A DNA stretch of 64,000 nt, from NCBI GenBank assembly GCA_047495785.1, contig JBLDXI010000032.1, forward strand, positions 2,728,001 to 2,792,000, in the 5' to 3' direction. Origin of the DNA: Lepidodermella squamata (Eukaryota; Animalia; Gastrotricha). This document shows positions 11,045-23,656 of this stretch, in pieces; positions within the stretch are counted from its first letter, which is position 1; every line of letters starts with the position of its first letter. Made by a program: the position numbers and the translations under genes. The notes under the pieces are model-generated. The model saw only the letters and a list, made by a program, of their open reading frames with translations. It ran no database searches and had not been told where the DNA came from.

Positions 11045-12308
11045 TTAGTCCGTATGCAAATATTGAATGAGCTCGGCCATTCGGTGATCTTTCGAAACCA
11101 AGTCGTATCGTCGATATGCCAGAGCGACCGATGCCGCCATTCGACTATAGCTCGCAGCGTTGATCGCCTCTAAAACTTTGGTTAGATGGTCGAATCTATT
11201 ATGAGGCGAATTCCTAGCTGCCATCAGCGTCTGAACGCCGGCTTTCAATTCTTCGAAAATCCTCGCAAATTCTGTCCCGCCTTCGCATTCGAAATCACCT
11301 ATAATTCTAGAAATAGAATGCTCTTGAAAATTACTGTAATTTGAAGGGCGTACTTTTGTAGAAAATCAAAAATAGCAGCAGGGCGTATTCCTCGGTCGAA
11401 GGGTTCCAGTTCATGATGACTGACCACATTTGCAACGTTTCACCAGGTAGATGCTGATTAAAATGACTCATTAATTGAAAAAAGAATGAATTGACTAATT
11501 TTACCGCATATTCAGGGAACACACGAGCCATTTGAGTTGTATAATGGGAATTAAGATTGCAGAGTCGTGGCGAAAATCGAACCATAGCCGCCGTAGAAAT
11601 CGGCGTAATCGCTCGGCCAAACATGATTTTCCGCTTTTCCGGCGACAAAATTTGATAACCAGGCAGCATTTTGAGAAAATCAGCTATTGCCTTCAAGGTC
11701 ATCATCACGTGATCTGTCATGACACTCCAAAACTGAACATCCGTCGGGTATTCTTCCTTTAAAATGTCGCTAGGAAACTAATCGCCAGGATGGAATTGAT
11801 GAAATTGTGATGACTAAAAATTTACCTCTATAAATGTTTTTAACAGGTGATCAGCTGCTGTGACTGATTTTCGCAAGTTGTTTTCCATGGTTGTTAGTCT
11901 AGGCTCGGACAAATCGCTGATGACCATTATTGTTGTATCGCTCGATGACGCTTGATGACTTTTAGTTGTTACAACCGCGGTTGTTGAAACGCCTAAAGCC
12001 GTGCATTTGTCCATGCGGCATTTCGGACAAATCTGCCGTTACAACGACCCGGCTGATGAAACAATAGCCGGTCGAATTATCGGATTGCCACCAGGGTTAA
12101 GGCAGCTCTTCTGGCCTTTGCGGCATTTCAGCTGCGATGCGCGGTGGTAATTTCGCTTGTAAAACTTTTTGCACGCGTTGCAAGTTATTGTTAGGCTACT
12201 ACCGGCCAGCTGCTCGTCAGTCGAACCCGCCGTCAGTACGGGTGTCCCACATACCTGGCAATGCACCCCTCGATAGCCTGGTAGACCATTATTTTCAAGT
12301 GGAAACAT
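11045..12308 (-). pseudogene. Divergent nuclear hormone receptor (C4 zinc-finger DBD + LBD) with in-frame TAA at 12039-12041; pseudogene, null allele or base error
   Basis: CQVC...CNACKKFYKR; KCRKGQKSC...L*RQICPKCRMDKC in one frame across the stop; LBD signature KAIADFLKMLPGYQILSPEKRKIMF; intron 11778-11825 plus further short introns. Confidence 0.75.
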
Positions 12309-12786
12309 TATTTTTCGTGGAAAAAATCAAGCATAATGGTGAACTGATCCTTCAGTGATAAGTTTTTGTTCAAGAAAAAATTGAATTATATTTTGTTAGA
12401 AAGTTGTGTCAATCTTAATCTAAGATGACACTGCTCCTGACCATGAAGCGATATGATTAATTTATATAATTGATATATTGAATCAATTTTAATTGTTTGT
12501 CGCGAAATTGCAGGAACCGGCGCATTTTCAGTCATCGCGGATAAGTCCTAATTAATTTTTACAGTGTCGCGACTTGGGTTTTTCGAAAAATTCTGACATT
12601 TTTCTAGGGCAATGTTTTGCCTGCTTTTTCACGCCATGAGCAAATAAACAGCATGTGGCATGACTAAATTATAAATGCCTCAATTTGTTCAACTGTCAAT
12701 CCAGAATGCAATTTTATTCTCTTCCTCGCGCTACTATTCACGTGGTCCGTGAATTCAGGTGGAAATAAATAACACGTACAGTATTT

Positions 12787-13653
12787 TTAACACTTTAAGA
12801 CAAGGATGATAAGAGGCAAATTAATTGGCCACAAATCGACACAGACGGTGAAGGCGCCGTTGCGTCCAGAATACTGCGAATAGTCTGTTCTGTCTATTAC
12901 AGAGGCATCCAGCCACACGCCGTCGCTGCCGAACGTGTCCTCGGCCCATTCCGTGTTCATGAGGCTATTCGCGGATTTTGTGATACTCCGCACTAGAGAG
13001 TCGAGGTTAGATCCGTACGGCCTCACGCTTCGAACCCGACTGTGAGCCAGGACTTTCATATCATGCAACATGGGCCTGTATAATTCGAAAATAGAAGCGA
13101 TATCAAAGCCTTGAAACTCATGAGCTTACATTATCGAGGTAACGTTGATTTCCTCGGCAGAAGCAACTACACCAACTACGCCATTCAAAATCATTGTAAT
13201 CTGTAATAAAATTAATTTAAATTAATTAATTCGTGTAATATTAACCCACCAAACGAGCGTAAATTTGGCGTATTGTACGGTAAGTATCGCTCGTAGTATC
13301 TGACATTTGCTCCTTCGGCCAATCGGAGACTTTCAAAACGAAAGCATCTCTATCATCGGTATTCGGAAACCAATCAGGCCGATGTTTGTTCGCCGGTGAC
13401 AATGTAACCTTGACCTGATGCGCCCGGATTGTCATGAAGACTTCGTATTCATAAGCCGGCGGCGCTGTTGCTTCAACGTCATACTCTTGATCTGAAAAAA
13501 TCTATTTCAGAAATTGCTTCGAGAATTCCTGAACTTACAGTCTTTATTTGACACAGGATAAGTTCGATTTCGAGGCGTCCAATCATCGGCGGTTATCGGC
13601 AAGGTGCAAAAAAGTGATAAGAGCAATACGATGGCTAAAGGTTGTGATGACAT
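12787..13653 (-). CDS. Secreted/possibly GPI-anchored protein with SEA-like domain, 4 exons
   Basis: ATG 13653, signal peptide MSSQPLAIVLLSLFCTL; WPKEQMSDTTSDTYRTI resembles the SEA WxxxLxDxxSxxY motif; hydrophobic C-terminus; short GT-AG introns link ORFs 13241-13435 and 12787-13071. Confidence 0.5.
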
Positions 13654-14759
13654 TTTATTATATTATTATTGCAGAGGTATTGTCTACGCAATAATATTAT
13701 TGCTGAATCTCTGCATCGCAATTTTATTACCGAAGTAAAAAAGTAATATAGCATAATGAAATTACGTCGTCGGCGCGTTTAGTCATAAAATTGACAGAAA
13801 ATCGTAAGTAATATAAGAGCATTGTTTTTCCATCCATGCATGCATCGCTGCTGTCACTGTCAAGTGGCGGTGTAGTGTGTACGCGGAACTGATGAATAAC
13901 TCTTCGGCGGCGCAATAATTACCGCGCCCATCGTCGCGCGTTTAAAAACGACGAGTAACACGCCTTTACTTATTAGTTCGTGTGATTGAATAGTATTTGC
14001 CGATCTAAGCATAATATATTATTGCTATGAACAATGTAAAAATCGAACTGATGCCTCGCCAAGCCTGGAGCTTTGTTCCGGTTAAAAAAACCGCTCCTAT
14101 ACTGAAATACTTGCTATATATCAAATGGGAGTGAGTATTGGTACCGAAAGTGACCAAATGTCTAGAGGTATTTGTGAAGCGCCAAACGTCTGGTAATTAT
14201 TGCGCCAATTGATATAAAATGTTGCGATACTTACAGCGACACAAATTTATCGCGCAAATCAACCAATTTTCGGCCAACTTTTTCTCCAGCTGCACAACTT
14301 CGAATCGAACTCCCATTTAAATGGTAAATAGACCTGGTCCTGAACTACAAAAAAGCAGAAGGGCCGGCCAATTTTTGCTACGGTCAAGCCTTGGCGCCGC
14401 ACCTTGAGGCTGAAAAAATGAGCGACAATTTACGCTAAAATACAGCTCGTTTTCAACACATTTATTCTGTCGCACGGGGTCACCAAATTAAAGCAATTTT
14501 TTACGGAGAAACAGAGTGCTTTGTGTCAAAGCGAAAAAGCTCCGCCTTAATGAAACTTCATGAAAATCGGCAGAAGGCTTTTCTCCAACTTTTTCCCAAC
14601 GCAGAAAATGGTTTTATTCAGGATATTTTCGCGAGCCTGTGAACTAAAATAAAAATAATACATTTCTCCATGCCATGAGTCAGTTTTATTTCATTGTACC
14701 TTCAAATTGTACTTTAAAAAAGGCAAATTTATTCTAAGAACACTGTTGCAACAACTTGT

Positions 14760-14775
14760 GGCCCTGAAAAGGGCC
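14760..14775 (-). promoter_or_regulatory. Histone 3' stem-loop (H3)
   Basis: GGCCCTTTTCAGGGCC on the minus strand downstream of the stop. Confidence 0.95.
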
Positions 14776-14816
14776 GGTCGGTGTGAGATCTTCGGTGGAA
14801 ATTGGCTTCGATCTGC

Positions 14817-15804
<988 letters not shown>

Positions 15805-15853
15805 GATCATCATCAATCGACTGCTCTCAACATCAGCGTCTTCAGCCCTAACC

Positions 15854-15869
15854 GGCCCTTTTCAGGGCC
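15854..15869 (+). promoter_or_regulatory. Histone 3' stem-loop (H4)
   Basis: GGCCCTTTTCAGGGCC. Confidence 0.95.
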
Positions 15870-16017
15870 ACAAGTCATTGCAATAGTGTAAAATGTGTCC
15901 CAGCAATAACGTTTTCCTGAATAATAAACATGTTTCTGTCTCCTGTTAAAAAAAATGTGTGTTTGGTCGAAGCAACGTTGCAGCTTATTTTGATTCAAGA
16001 GGTACCAAAAACAGATA

Positions 16018-16419
16018 CTGTATATCTACTAATTTTCGGTGGTCACTAATTTTCGGTTTGATCTTTGAATTTGCTCAAAATCACCGAAAATAAATTCGGT
16101 CAATTCATTGTTCTTTTCTACAATACAGCTGTATTATGGTAAAATAGGGTAAAATGTGCCAAAATTGTGTTACCCGCAATTTTAGGTAGTAAGGATGTTG
16201 GAAGTAACAGATATTGATGCTGCTAAAGCAGCGATTATCTCCTCATAGCGTGTAAAAACACGAAATTGAAGCACTGAAATAAATTTTCAAGTGACTAATT
16301 TTGAATTTTTTCTCAGGAGCTACTCTCAAACCGAATTCAAATCCACCGAAATTAAATGTACAGGTCCGAAATCTCCAAAACCGAAAATTAGTGACCACCG
16401 AAAATTAGTAGATATACAG
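16018..16419. mobile_element. MITE (Tc1/mariner/pogo-like, TA target duplication), 402 bp
   Basis: ~42-bp perfect TIRs CTGTATATCTACTAATTTTCGGTGGTCACTAATTTTCGGTTT; TA at 16016-16017 and 16420-16421; no ORF. Confidence 0.88.
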
Positions 16420-17008
16420 TATATGATCATGTGAAAAATGTGAAAATGTATTGAATTTTCGGCGATTCTCGACGAATATTTTGAATCCAAACTTTCATTT
16501 CAATTAATTTCAATTTCCAATGAGTTTGAAAAGCTTTTTTGTTGTGATTGTGTAAAATGCCCACTTCAGACATTGAATGAAGACCTGCTCGGGAATACGC
16601 CGCGTCGTCACGTTGAGAGAACGAATACCGCATAATACCTGAATTCTCGGTAAAAACCCTATAAAATTATGTTTTCAAACGGTCAAATCCCGATATTGAT
16701 CAAGCAACATAATTTGTCCATTTCTAGCATTATCTACTTCATGTTTCATGTCTCCTGAATGATTTACGTGGCTCGAAAAAAATTGCAATCTCAATCAACA
16801 TTTTATTTATTTTGCAAATTGATTGCCATATTGTTTCAGACATTTTTCGGGTTTGGCTTGAAACCTTCGATATCCTGTTTTCTGAAGAAGTAAATGCAAA
16901 CGCTTGGTCTGATGTATAATTCTAACACAACTTCCATGAAACAGAAAGCGAAAACTTTTATTTCAACAGATGAAACTAATGCGGCAAAACACTGTTGCAA
17001 CAACTTGT

Positions 17009-17024
17009 GGCCCTGAAAAGGGCC
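17009..17024 (-). promoter_or_regulatory. Histone 3' stem-loop (H2A)
   Basis: GGCCCTTTTCAGGGCC on the minus strand. Confidence 0.95.
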
Positions 17025-17064
17025 GGTTCATGCTTATTGAAAAGCTGCAGATGGAAGTTGTCGT

Positions 17065-17508
17065 TTATTGCGATTGGCTAGCAGCGGCCTTCTTCTTGCC
17101 ACCAGAAGCCGGCTTAGCAGCGGGTGCATCGGCCGTTTTCTTGGGCAGCAGGACGGTCTGGATGTTGGGCAGAACACCACCTTGAGCAATCGTAACGTGC
17201 GACAGCAGCCTGTTCAACTCCTCGTCGTTGCGGATCGCCAGTTGGATGTGGCGAGGCACAATGCGGGTCTTCTTGTTGTCGCGAGCGGCGTTTCCGGCCA
17301 ACTCGAGGACTTCAGCAGCCAGGTACTCCATGACGGCGGCGAGGTACACAGGTGCACCTGCGCCGACACGCTCGGCGTAGTTACCGCGCTTCAAAAGACG
17401 CGTGATACGACCGACCGGGAATTGAAGACCGGCGCGAGATGACTTGGTCTTTGATTTTTGGCGGTTAGCCTTGCCACCCTTACCACGGCCAGCAGCTGGA
17501 GCAGACAT
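17065..17508 (-). CDS. H2A: Histone H2A with extended H2A.X-like C-terminal tail
   Basis: [11 protein letters not shown]...[13 protein letters not shown]...LLPKK core; tail ...[15 protein letters not shown]. Confidence 0.97.
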   Translation of the reverse strand: MSAPAAGRGKGGKANRQKSKTKSSRAGLQFPVGRITRLLKRGNYAERVGAGAPVYLAAVMEYLAAEVLELAGNAARDNKKTRIVPRHIQLAIRNDEELNRLLSHVTIAQGGVLPNIQTVLLPKKTADAPAAKPASGGKKKAAASQSQ

Positions 17509-17877
17509 TGTTGATGATGATGTTGATAAGCGAAAGTGAGAAAATTTCTAACAGAGCACGAACAAGAAAAAAAGTGAAAATTTTTGTTTAAATACCCCGC
17601 GGTGGCATTAGCGGGAGGCGAAAAATTCAAATTTATTGTTTATGACATTAACAGCCAATAAACAATCTAGGCATGCGCGCACTACAATTATGCGCATTTA
17701 TGATTGGTTGAAAGTGCGCGCGCCGGAAGCAATAAAAACAAACAAACGTTTGCGCGTTAATTCTGCCGCACTAATGCCACGCGCAACGTATAATGTTTCA
17801 CGTTTTACACAAACACTGTTCGGAAAAGCTAGTAAATACACGCATTTTCACCTTGCTAAAATCAATCATCATCGATA
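17509..17877. promoter_or_regulatory. Divergent H2A/H2B promoter region
   Basis: Head-to-head genes; CAGCCAATAAACA at 17652-17664 and an inverted ATTGG; GCGCGCAC motif shared with the H3/H4 spacer. Confidence 0.55.
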
Positions 17878-18252
17878 ATGTCGCCCAAAGTCACTGGTAA
17901 AGTTGCATCGAAGGGTTCGAAAAAGGCCGCCAAGCCTAAGACCGCTGGTGAGAAGAAAAAGCGCCATCGCCGCCGCGAGTCGTACAACATCTACATCTAC
18001 AAGGTGTTGAAACAGGTTCACCCTGACACCGGCATCTCCGGCAAGGCTATGGCCATCATGAACTCGTTCGTCAACGACATTTTCGAGCGCATCGCCCTCG
18101 AGTCGTCGCGCCTGGCCCACTACAACAAGAAGGCCACCATAAGCAGTCGAGAGGTACAAACAGCTGTGCGTCTCCTGCTGCCTGGTGAGCTTGCTAAGCA
18201 CGCCGTCTCGGAAGGCACCAAGGCCGTCACCAAGTACACCAGCTCGAAATAA
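17878..18252 (+). CDS. H2B: Histone H2B
   Basis: [21 protein letters not shown]...[10 protein letters not shown]. Confidence 0.99.
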   Translation: MSPKVTGKVASKGSKKAAKPKTAGEKKKRHRRRESYNIYIYKVLKQVHPDTGISGKAMAIMNSFVNDIFERIALESSRLAHYNKKATISSREVQTAVRLLLPGELAKHAVSEGTKAVTKYTSSK

Positions 18253-18297
18253 GCTGCCTACTTCGAAGACTACAACATCGTCTTCTTACTCCGAACC

Positions 18298-18313
18298 GGC
18301 CCTTTTCAGGGCC
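18298..18313 (+). promoter_or_regulatory. Histone 3' stem-loop (H2B)
   Basis: GGCCCTTTTCAGGGCC. Confidence 0.95.
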
Positions 18314-19216
18314 ACAAGTTGTTGCAACAGTGTTTTGAAAATGTTATAAATGTCGGGCAATAAACGAATTTAAATTGCTGATAAAGTTTCAAATAAAAAA
18401 GTTCGAATAGGTCAAAAATATAGAAAATAACGAAAACGTAAACAAATTAATTTTGGATAAAATGTTAATCGAGACTTGACCCACAAAATAGATAGTCTTA
18501 ACATTTTAGCCCGAATTTTGTTACTATTTTTACCTATCCACTTGTTAATCCGTTCATTCTTCAGCCATTTTACTACAAAGCAATTTTTTGAGGACAGGCT
18601 TCAAAAGCAAAAGATCCATAAGGTATCTTGCACGATTTTACGGAGCCAGTTACCTATCTCACAGTTTTCAGTGTATATTTCTTTCATCTGTCATTTCTCC
18701 GGAGGTGCCGGCGACTTGTGAAAGTGTTCGGTATCACTTTAACGCACATGGCAGTCCGAAACAGCAACTCGCCACTTTATTTAATCCAAAATAAAAAGCT
18801 TGTGTCGTTAAAAAGCGCTGTATATTGTTGATACAATTACCTATGATGTATAATATCACGTTGTGATTATCAAGAAATATTTACTGTATAAGAAAGTGTT
18901 GACGCTGCACAAAAGACTATAACGCAAAAAGCAGATAAATGCGCACACGCGACGCCGTTGCCGCTTCAAGTGACTTTGCCGGCCGCTGAATAGCCCTGAT
19001 CATTAATATTTTATACGCTTTGCTAATTAACGCGTTATCATCCATCGCATTCACGCACCTTCAGGGCGGAGTTAGAATATAAGGTTAAAAAGCTTCGATG
19101 AAAGTTGGCGGGTAACTTTCGAGAATTTTCTCTTCTAATATCACACCTTTTCTCGAAAATTAAATTTTGAATGTTGATTTTTTTATAATTTTTCAGAAAG
19201 GCGTTTTAATTCAGGT

Positions 19217-20909
19217 ATGCCGACTGGGCGAGTCGGTTTAATTTTTACAATAGTTCTGCTCTTGGCAACCGCCTGTCTCTGCGAGCCTGAAATAACCAGT
19301 GAAGAATTGGATGGTGAAAATATCGAAGAAATAGACAGCTTCTTATCTGATCTACCGCAAAGGACTACTGATGTGATCAGTACGACAGAAGCAGCTATGA
19401 CTACGCAAGAGTCACCAATAGCGAAATGCCCGAAAAGCGGAAAACCGATGGTCTTCCCGCAAAATCTGTATTCCAACAAATCGATGCACTACCCATTTCA
19501 AGAGAGCGGTCTTCAAATATTTCTCGGTCTTAAAATACCCTGCGATGGTATTATCACTGCCTGGCAATTTTTATCAGCAAATTCTGTGGTAATAGATTCG
19601 AAATTTATTCCAATTAGATTAATCTGCTATCTGTTACACATCCAGATATGGGGACTTCATTTCGGAATTTTTCGGAGGACATGTTTCGACGTTTACCAAC
19701 TTGTATCAGATACTTACATAAATGGGCAGTCAACCGGGACCGGTGGCGAGCGATGGGTTGCCTGGAAGCCGGCGCATCCTATTCCTGTTCAACGTGGGGA
19801 TGTCATCGGAATTTTCTACGATCGCATCAACACCGCTACAAAAAGCGTATCAGTTAGATCGGTTACGCTGCCAGATAATTATAAATACGCTCCGAAGCAA
19901 TTCGCCAGTTCCGAGGCTCTGGTTTTTCTTAACGACGCGCAATCGCTGGCTAAATCTCAGGGTTATTACCCAAGGATCCTTAATTTTTATGTTTTTTTCT
20001 AAAAATTTATCATATTAGGGTGCGTTAGACTAGCGGCTGGGCGTGTCACTCGGCGCATACCTGCCTTGTTCATTTTATTAACGCCTGACAATCGGGTCCG
20101 GTCATCAGGTAATTTCATATTTTAGAGATTTTAATAATTTAATAAATTTAATAAAATTGTATTTTAATTTTATGATGCTTATAATTTTAATATTTTAATA
20201 ATTTTGAAATAGAACTCAACACCGTTCGAACTTTCATCTCCACAACAGAAATACCTGATTATGAAGCCACTGGCAAATCAGAGAGTTCGTTTTCAAATAT
20301 AATAGGCCCATTTTCAAAATTCAAATTTTTCATTAAGGTGAGGAAAAATCTCGAAATGCGAAGGTCCCAATAAGCTGCTATCTTTCACCCAAGTTTGACA
20401 ATTGGTGTCAAATTTCCTTACGTGCTCGATATTACTTCGACACGGCTTCGAAGATTTGCCGCCAATTCCTGCACTGTCCAACTAATCTAGCAGCTTCAAA
20501 TTTCGGTTTCCCCTCGCACGCCGAATGCTTATCGACATGTAAACCCGCGGCTAAAGGGGCTAAGATTTCTGTGGTCAAGAAGAAAACTTACATCCCTAAG
20601 CATAATTCAACCATCAATACCAAGAAGTGGGCAGTTTTTGATAGCAAAGCGAATTCTGAAGCTGGAAAGGTTCAACATTCCCCAGCGAATTTGATCAAAT
20701 TTCGAACTCTCCAACCTACAACTCCGGAGCCTGATAACTATGAAACCCAAATCAACGATGAAATCGGGTCTTTCAACTACGGCCCGGCTGAAAATGATCA
20801 ATATGACGATGAAGATACCGATTTCGAGGAGCCGATAGCCGAATACATCGCCTACAGACCCAAATTGGCGAGAAATTCAAATCGGCTCAGACAGCGTAAG
20901 AATTTCTGA
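19217..20909 (+). CDS. Secreted protein, unrecognised N-terminal beta domain + divergent Kunitz-like domain (paralogue 1), multi-exon
   Basis: Signal peptide; YPF...PCDG.I..W.FLSA...IWGLHFGIFR...VQRGDVIGIFYDR; later exon CYLSPKFDNWC...RYYFD....CRQFLHC....FGF....C...C. Exon boundaries approximate. Confidence 0.7.
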
Positions 20910-21313
20910 TGTCTTCGCTTTTATACACAAGTTGCTCAATCAAAGTTTTATTGATGATTTTTTGCTAAAAATAAAAAGTTGCTGTTTTTTTGCGGAATAT
21001 TCTCCGATATTTACAAGTTATTTAATTGCGTTGTTGCTTTTTATTGGAGCCGGAAGCAAACATCTTTTGTGTGTTGGGAAAATGTTCGCAAACACATGCT
21101 TTTTATCGAGATGTTTATCACTCAAGTCAGTTTTTAAAAGATAATGCTCGTCCATCATAACGAGATGAGTCGCGTCGCTCGACACCGAGGTTGAAATAAT
21201 AGAAAAAAACAAAGCAATAATGAATAATGATGCGCTGTCGTGTCCAAGTTTAAACCTGTCAAATGCGCAACTCACTTTGAAAGTGCCTCGATTATATTAC
21301 TCGCAAAACACGA

Positions 21314-22754
21314 ATGGCAAAATTTAGGGCTTTGATCCTATTTTTCAACGCGTTCTGGCTGGAACCAGGCTTCATTTTAGCGAATATCCTCATCGAAAGA
21401 CCACGATCATTCTGCCCGAACCAAAGCATCTACCAGCTCCCGCCCTATCCATTCAGCCAAAATGTCGAAAAGTATTTCGCGACCCCCGAACCTTTTCTCC
21501 AGGTCTTCAGTGGATCTATGACCGTACCCTGCGATGGGGAGCTATCAAATTTGCGATTCATCTCCGCTGTGGAACGAATTCAAGGCTTGCACTTTGGAAT
21601 TTTCCGGCCTGTTAGCTTGGGCACGCAGCTTTGCCTAGCCTATGACATGTACCTGGATAATTTAGCGACAAACCAATCGGCTGATTCTTGGGTCACGTGG
21701 ACACCCCCTCATAGTGTTTCCGTGCTGAAAGGCGACATAGTCGGCATTTTTTACGACAGATTTTCTCTTGATAACGATCAAAATTTCGCGGTAAAAATGT
21801 TGACGCTGCCTGACGATGACACGGCAATTGTCAGCCGGTATAATTTTATGCCAGAGACACTCGTGTTCCGGAAACAAGCCGTAGAGCTAGACGCAGATAA
21901 ACGTTCGAGAATTAGGATTTTTCCTATATTTTTCATATATTTTGGTTTCAATTTTTTAGATTGCCTCTCAGTTTCCGAAGGTTGGAAGTCGAAAAGGGTT
22001 CCCGCCCTAGTAGCTACAGTAATTCCGAAAGCTCCAGGTTTGTCCCAAACTCACATTAATATCATTCTGAATTAATCTCCGAATTAACAGAATCGCCAGA
22101 AATCGCTGTGCCAACTAGCCGGAGTCAAAAGTCAAATCGAAAAGTTGTCTCGGCTCCCGTTCTGGTGCCGCTTCGAGTCCAGAACGATGATTCCTTACAA
22201 AAACCACCAGAGGGTCAGTTTTCAAAATTTCCCGGAATTTTTTCTTATTTTTTTTAAATTTCTTTTTAGGATGCTTTTTGCCGAAGGACCAAACGCGCAT
22301 TCGGAATTGCACTGTAGATGATAAAGCTGTTCGCTACTATTTCGACTTCATGGCTCGGCAGTGCCGGCAATTTTTGCAGTGCTACGTCGGTGGCCAGCCG
22401 TTGGACGGCTTCACAACGGTAGGTGAATGCAAGGCGCAATGCAGTAGGTCCACAGCAACCCTGCCACCGCCTTCAACGCTACCACCTGCCCGGCCTATGG
22501 TCAATCGAATCGTGCCTCGGACAGATGTGATTCAGACAAAGTCGGCTGCTGGGTTCAACGGCAATGGCGCAGATTTGGCGACGCGTCGGCGGTTGGGTGA
22601 AATCATCTTAGCGCTGTACATGATGCAAAATCAGAATAATGTCAATCCGGCTCGGCTGATCAGCGAAGCAGCAGGCTACATGGCTGGGCCAACTAGTTAC
22701 CTGCAACAGCCGGGTTTCGTCCACCAAAACGATGCATTTTTCCTTCGGCGCTAA
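21314..22754 (+). CDS. Secreted protein, same domain + Kunitz-like (paralogue 2), multi-exon
   Basis: PCDGELSNLRFISA..IQGLHFGIFR...VLKGDIVGIFYDR; CFLP...C...RYYFD....CRQFLQC...GF....C...C. Confidence 0.7.
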
Positions 22755-23656
22755 TTTCTGATCGAATGAGTGACTCATTGTTGGAAAAACATGTATTTTT
22801 ATTTTTTTATACTCGCAATAAAGACTGACTTTTCAGCATGACTTTTACAGTTTGGTCAAAAATCAAAAAATTAATTTTTGAAATCCGGAAGTTGATAGTT
22901 TTAGCTACAATTTATGCCCAGAGGTCTTGGATTTGCGTCTGCTGTTTCTTTTAATTACAGCTTCAAAAAAATATTTTCAGTAAAAGCTAGCGCTCATAAT
23001 TAGCGGCGTTAGAAGCCTAATAATTACGGAGAAAAAGGTGAGCCTAAATTACAATGAAATAACCACGCATAATTAAAAACAAATACAACGCTGTTAAAGC
23101 TTGTTTGAAGATGATAAGAGACTTCTGCCTAACTGTCATTATGAGACAATAAGGATTTTTTTTTTAATTTTTAATTATTTATTTATAAGAGCAAGGCATT
23201 AAACAATAGATCCTAAATAACAGCAACAGAAGTTGTATCAAAATCAGTCTTTTTCGAGTTTTTTAGTTTAAAATTTCATTTGTTGTAAAAATCAGAGTAA
23301 ATTGCGTGATGAGAGATATTTTGAGGTACTATTAATTACCGAATTATTGCATAAAACTATACATTTTTTAAGGCGGGTGATGGCATGCGCGCCTGCAATT
23401 TTAATTAATGGCTGGTTATCGCAATTAAATCTTAATTACATCACGCAATGCGCATGCGCTTTGACGCTATGCTATCATCAAAGAGAGGTAAAGCGCGTCG
23501 CGGTCAGAAAAAAGAGCGCTTTATTGTGTTCAGATCATTTGGCCGCTGTTATAGAGTCCAGCAATTCCTCTTCCTTGAAACTAAAAAGACTTCTGAAATT
23601 GTCCACCTTGAAATAGAGCATATTTAATCTTGATTCAATTTATAGAACTGTTAAGA

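Noticed and set aside
12039-12041. Stop-codon reassignment (TAA as sense)
   Set aside because: TAA terminates H3, H4, H2A, H2B and TBL3 at their expected ends.
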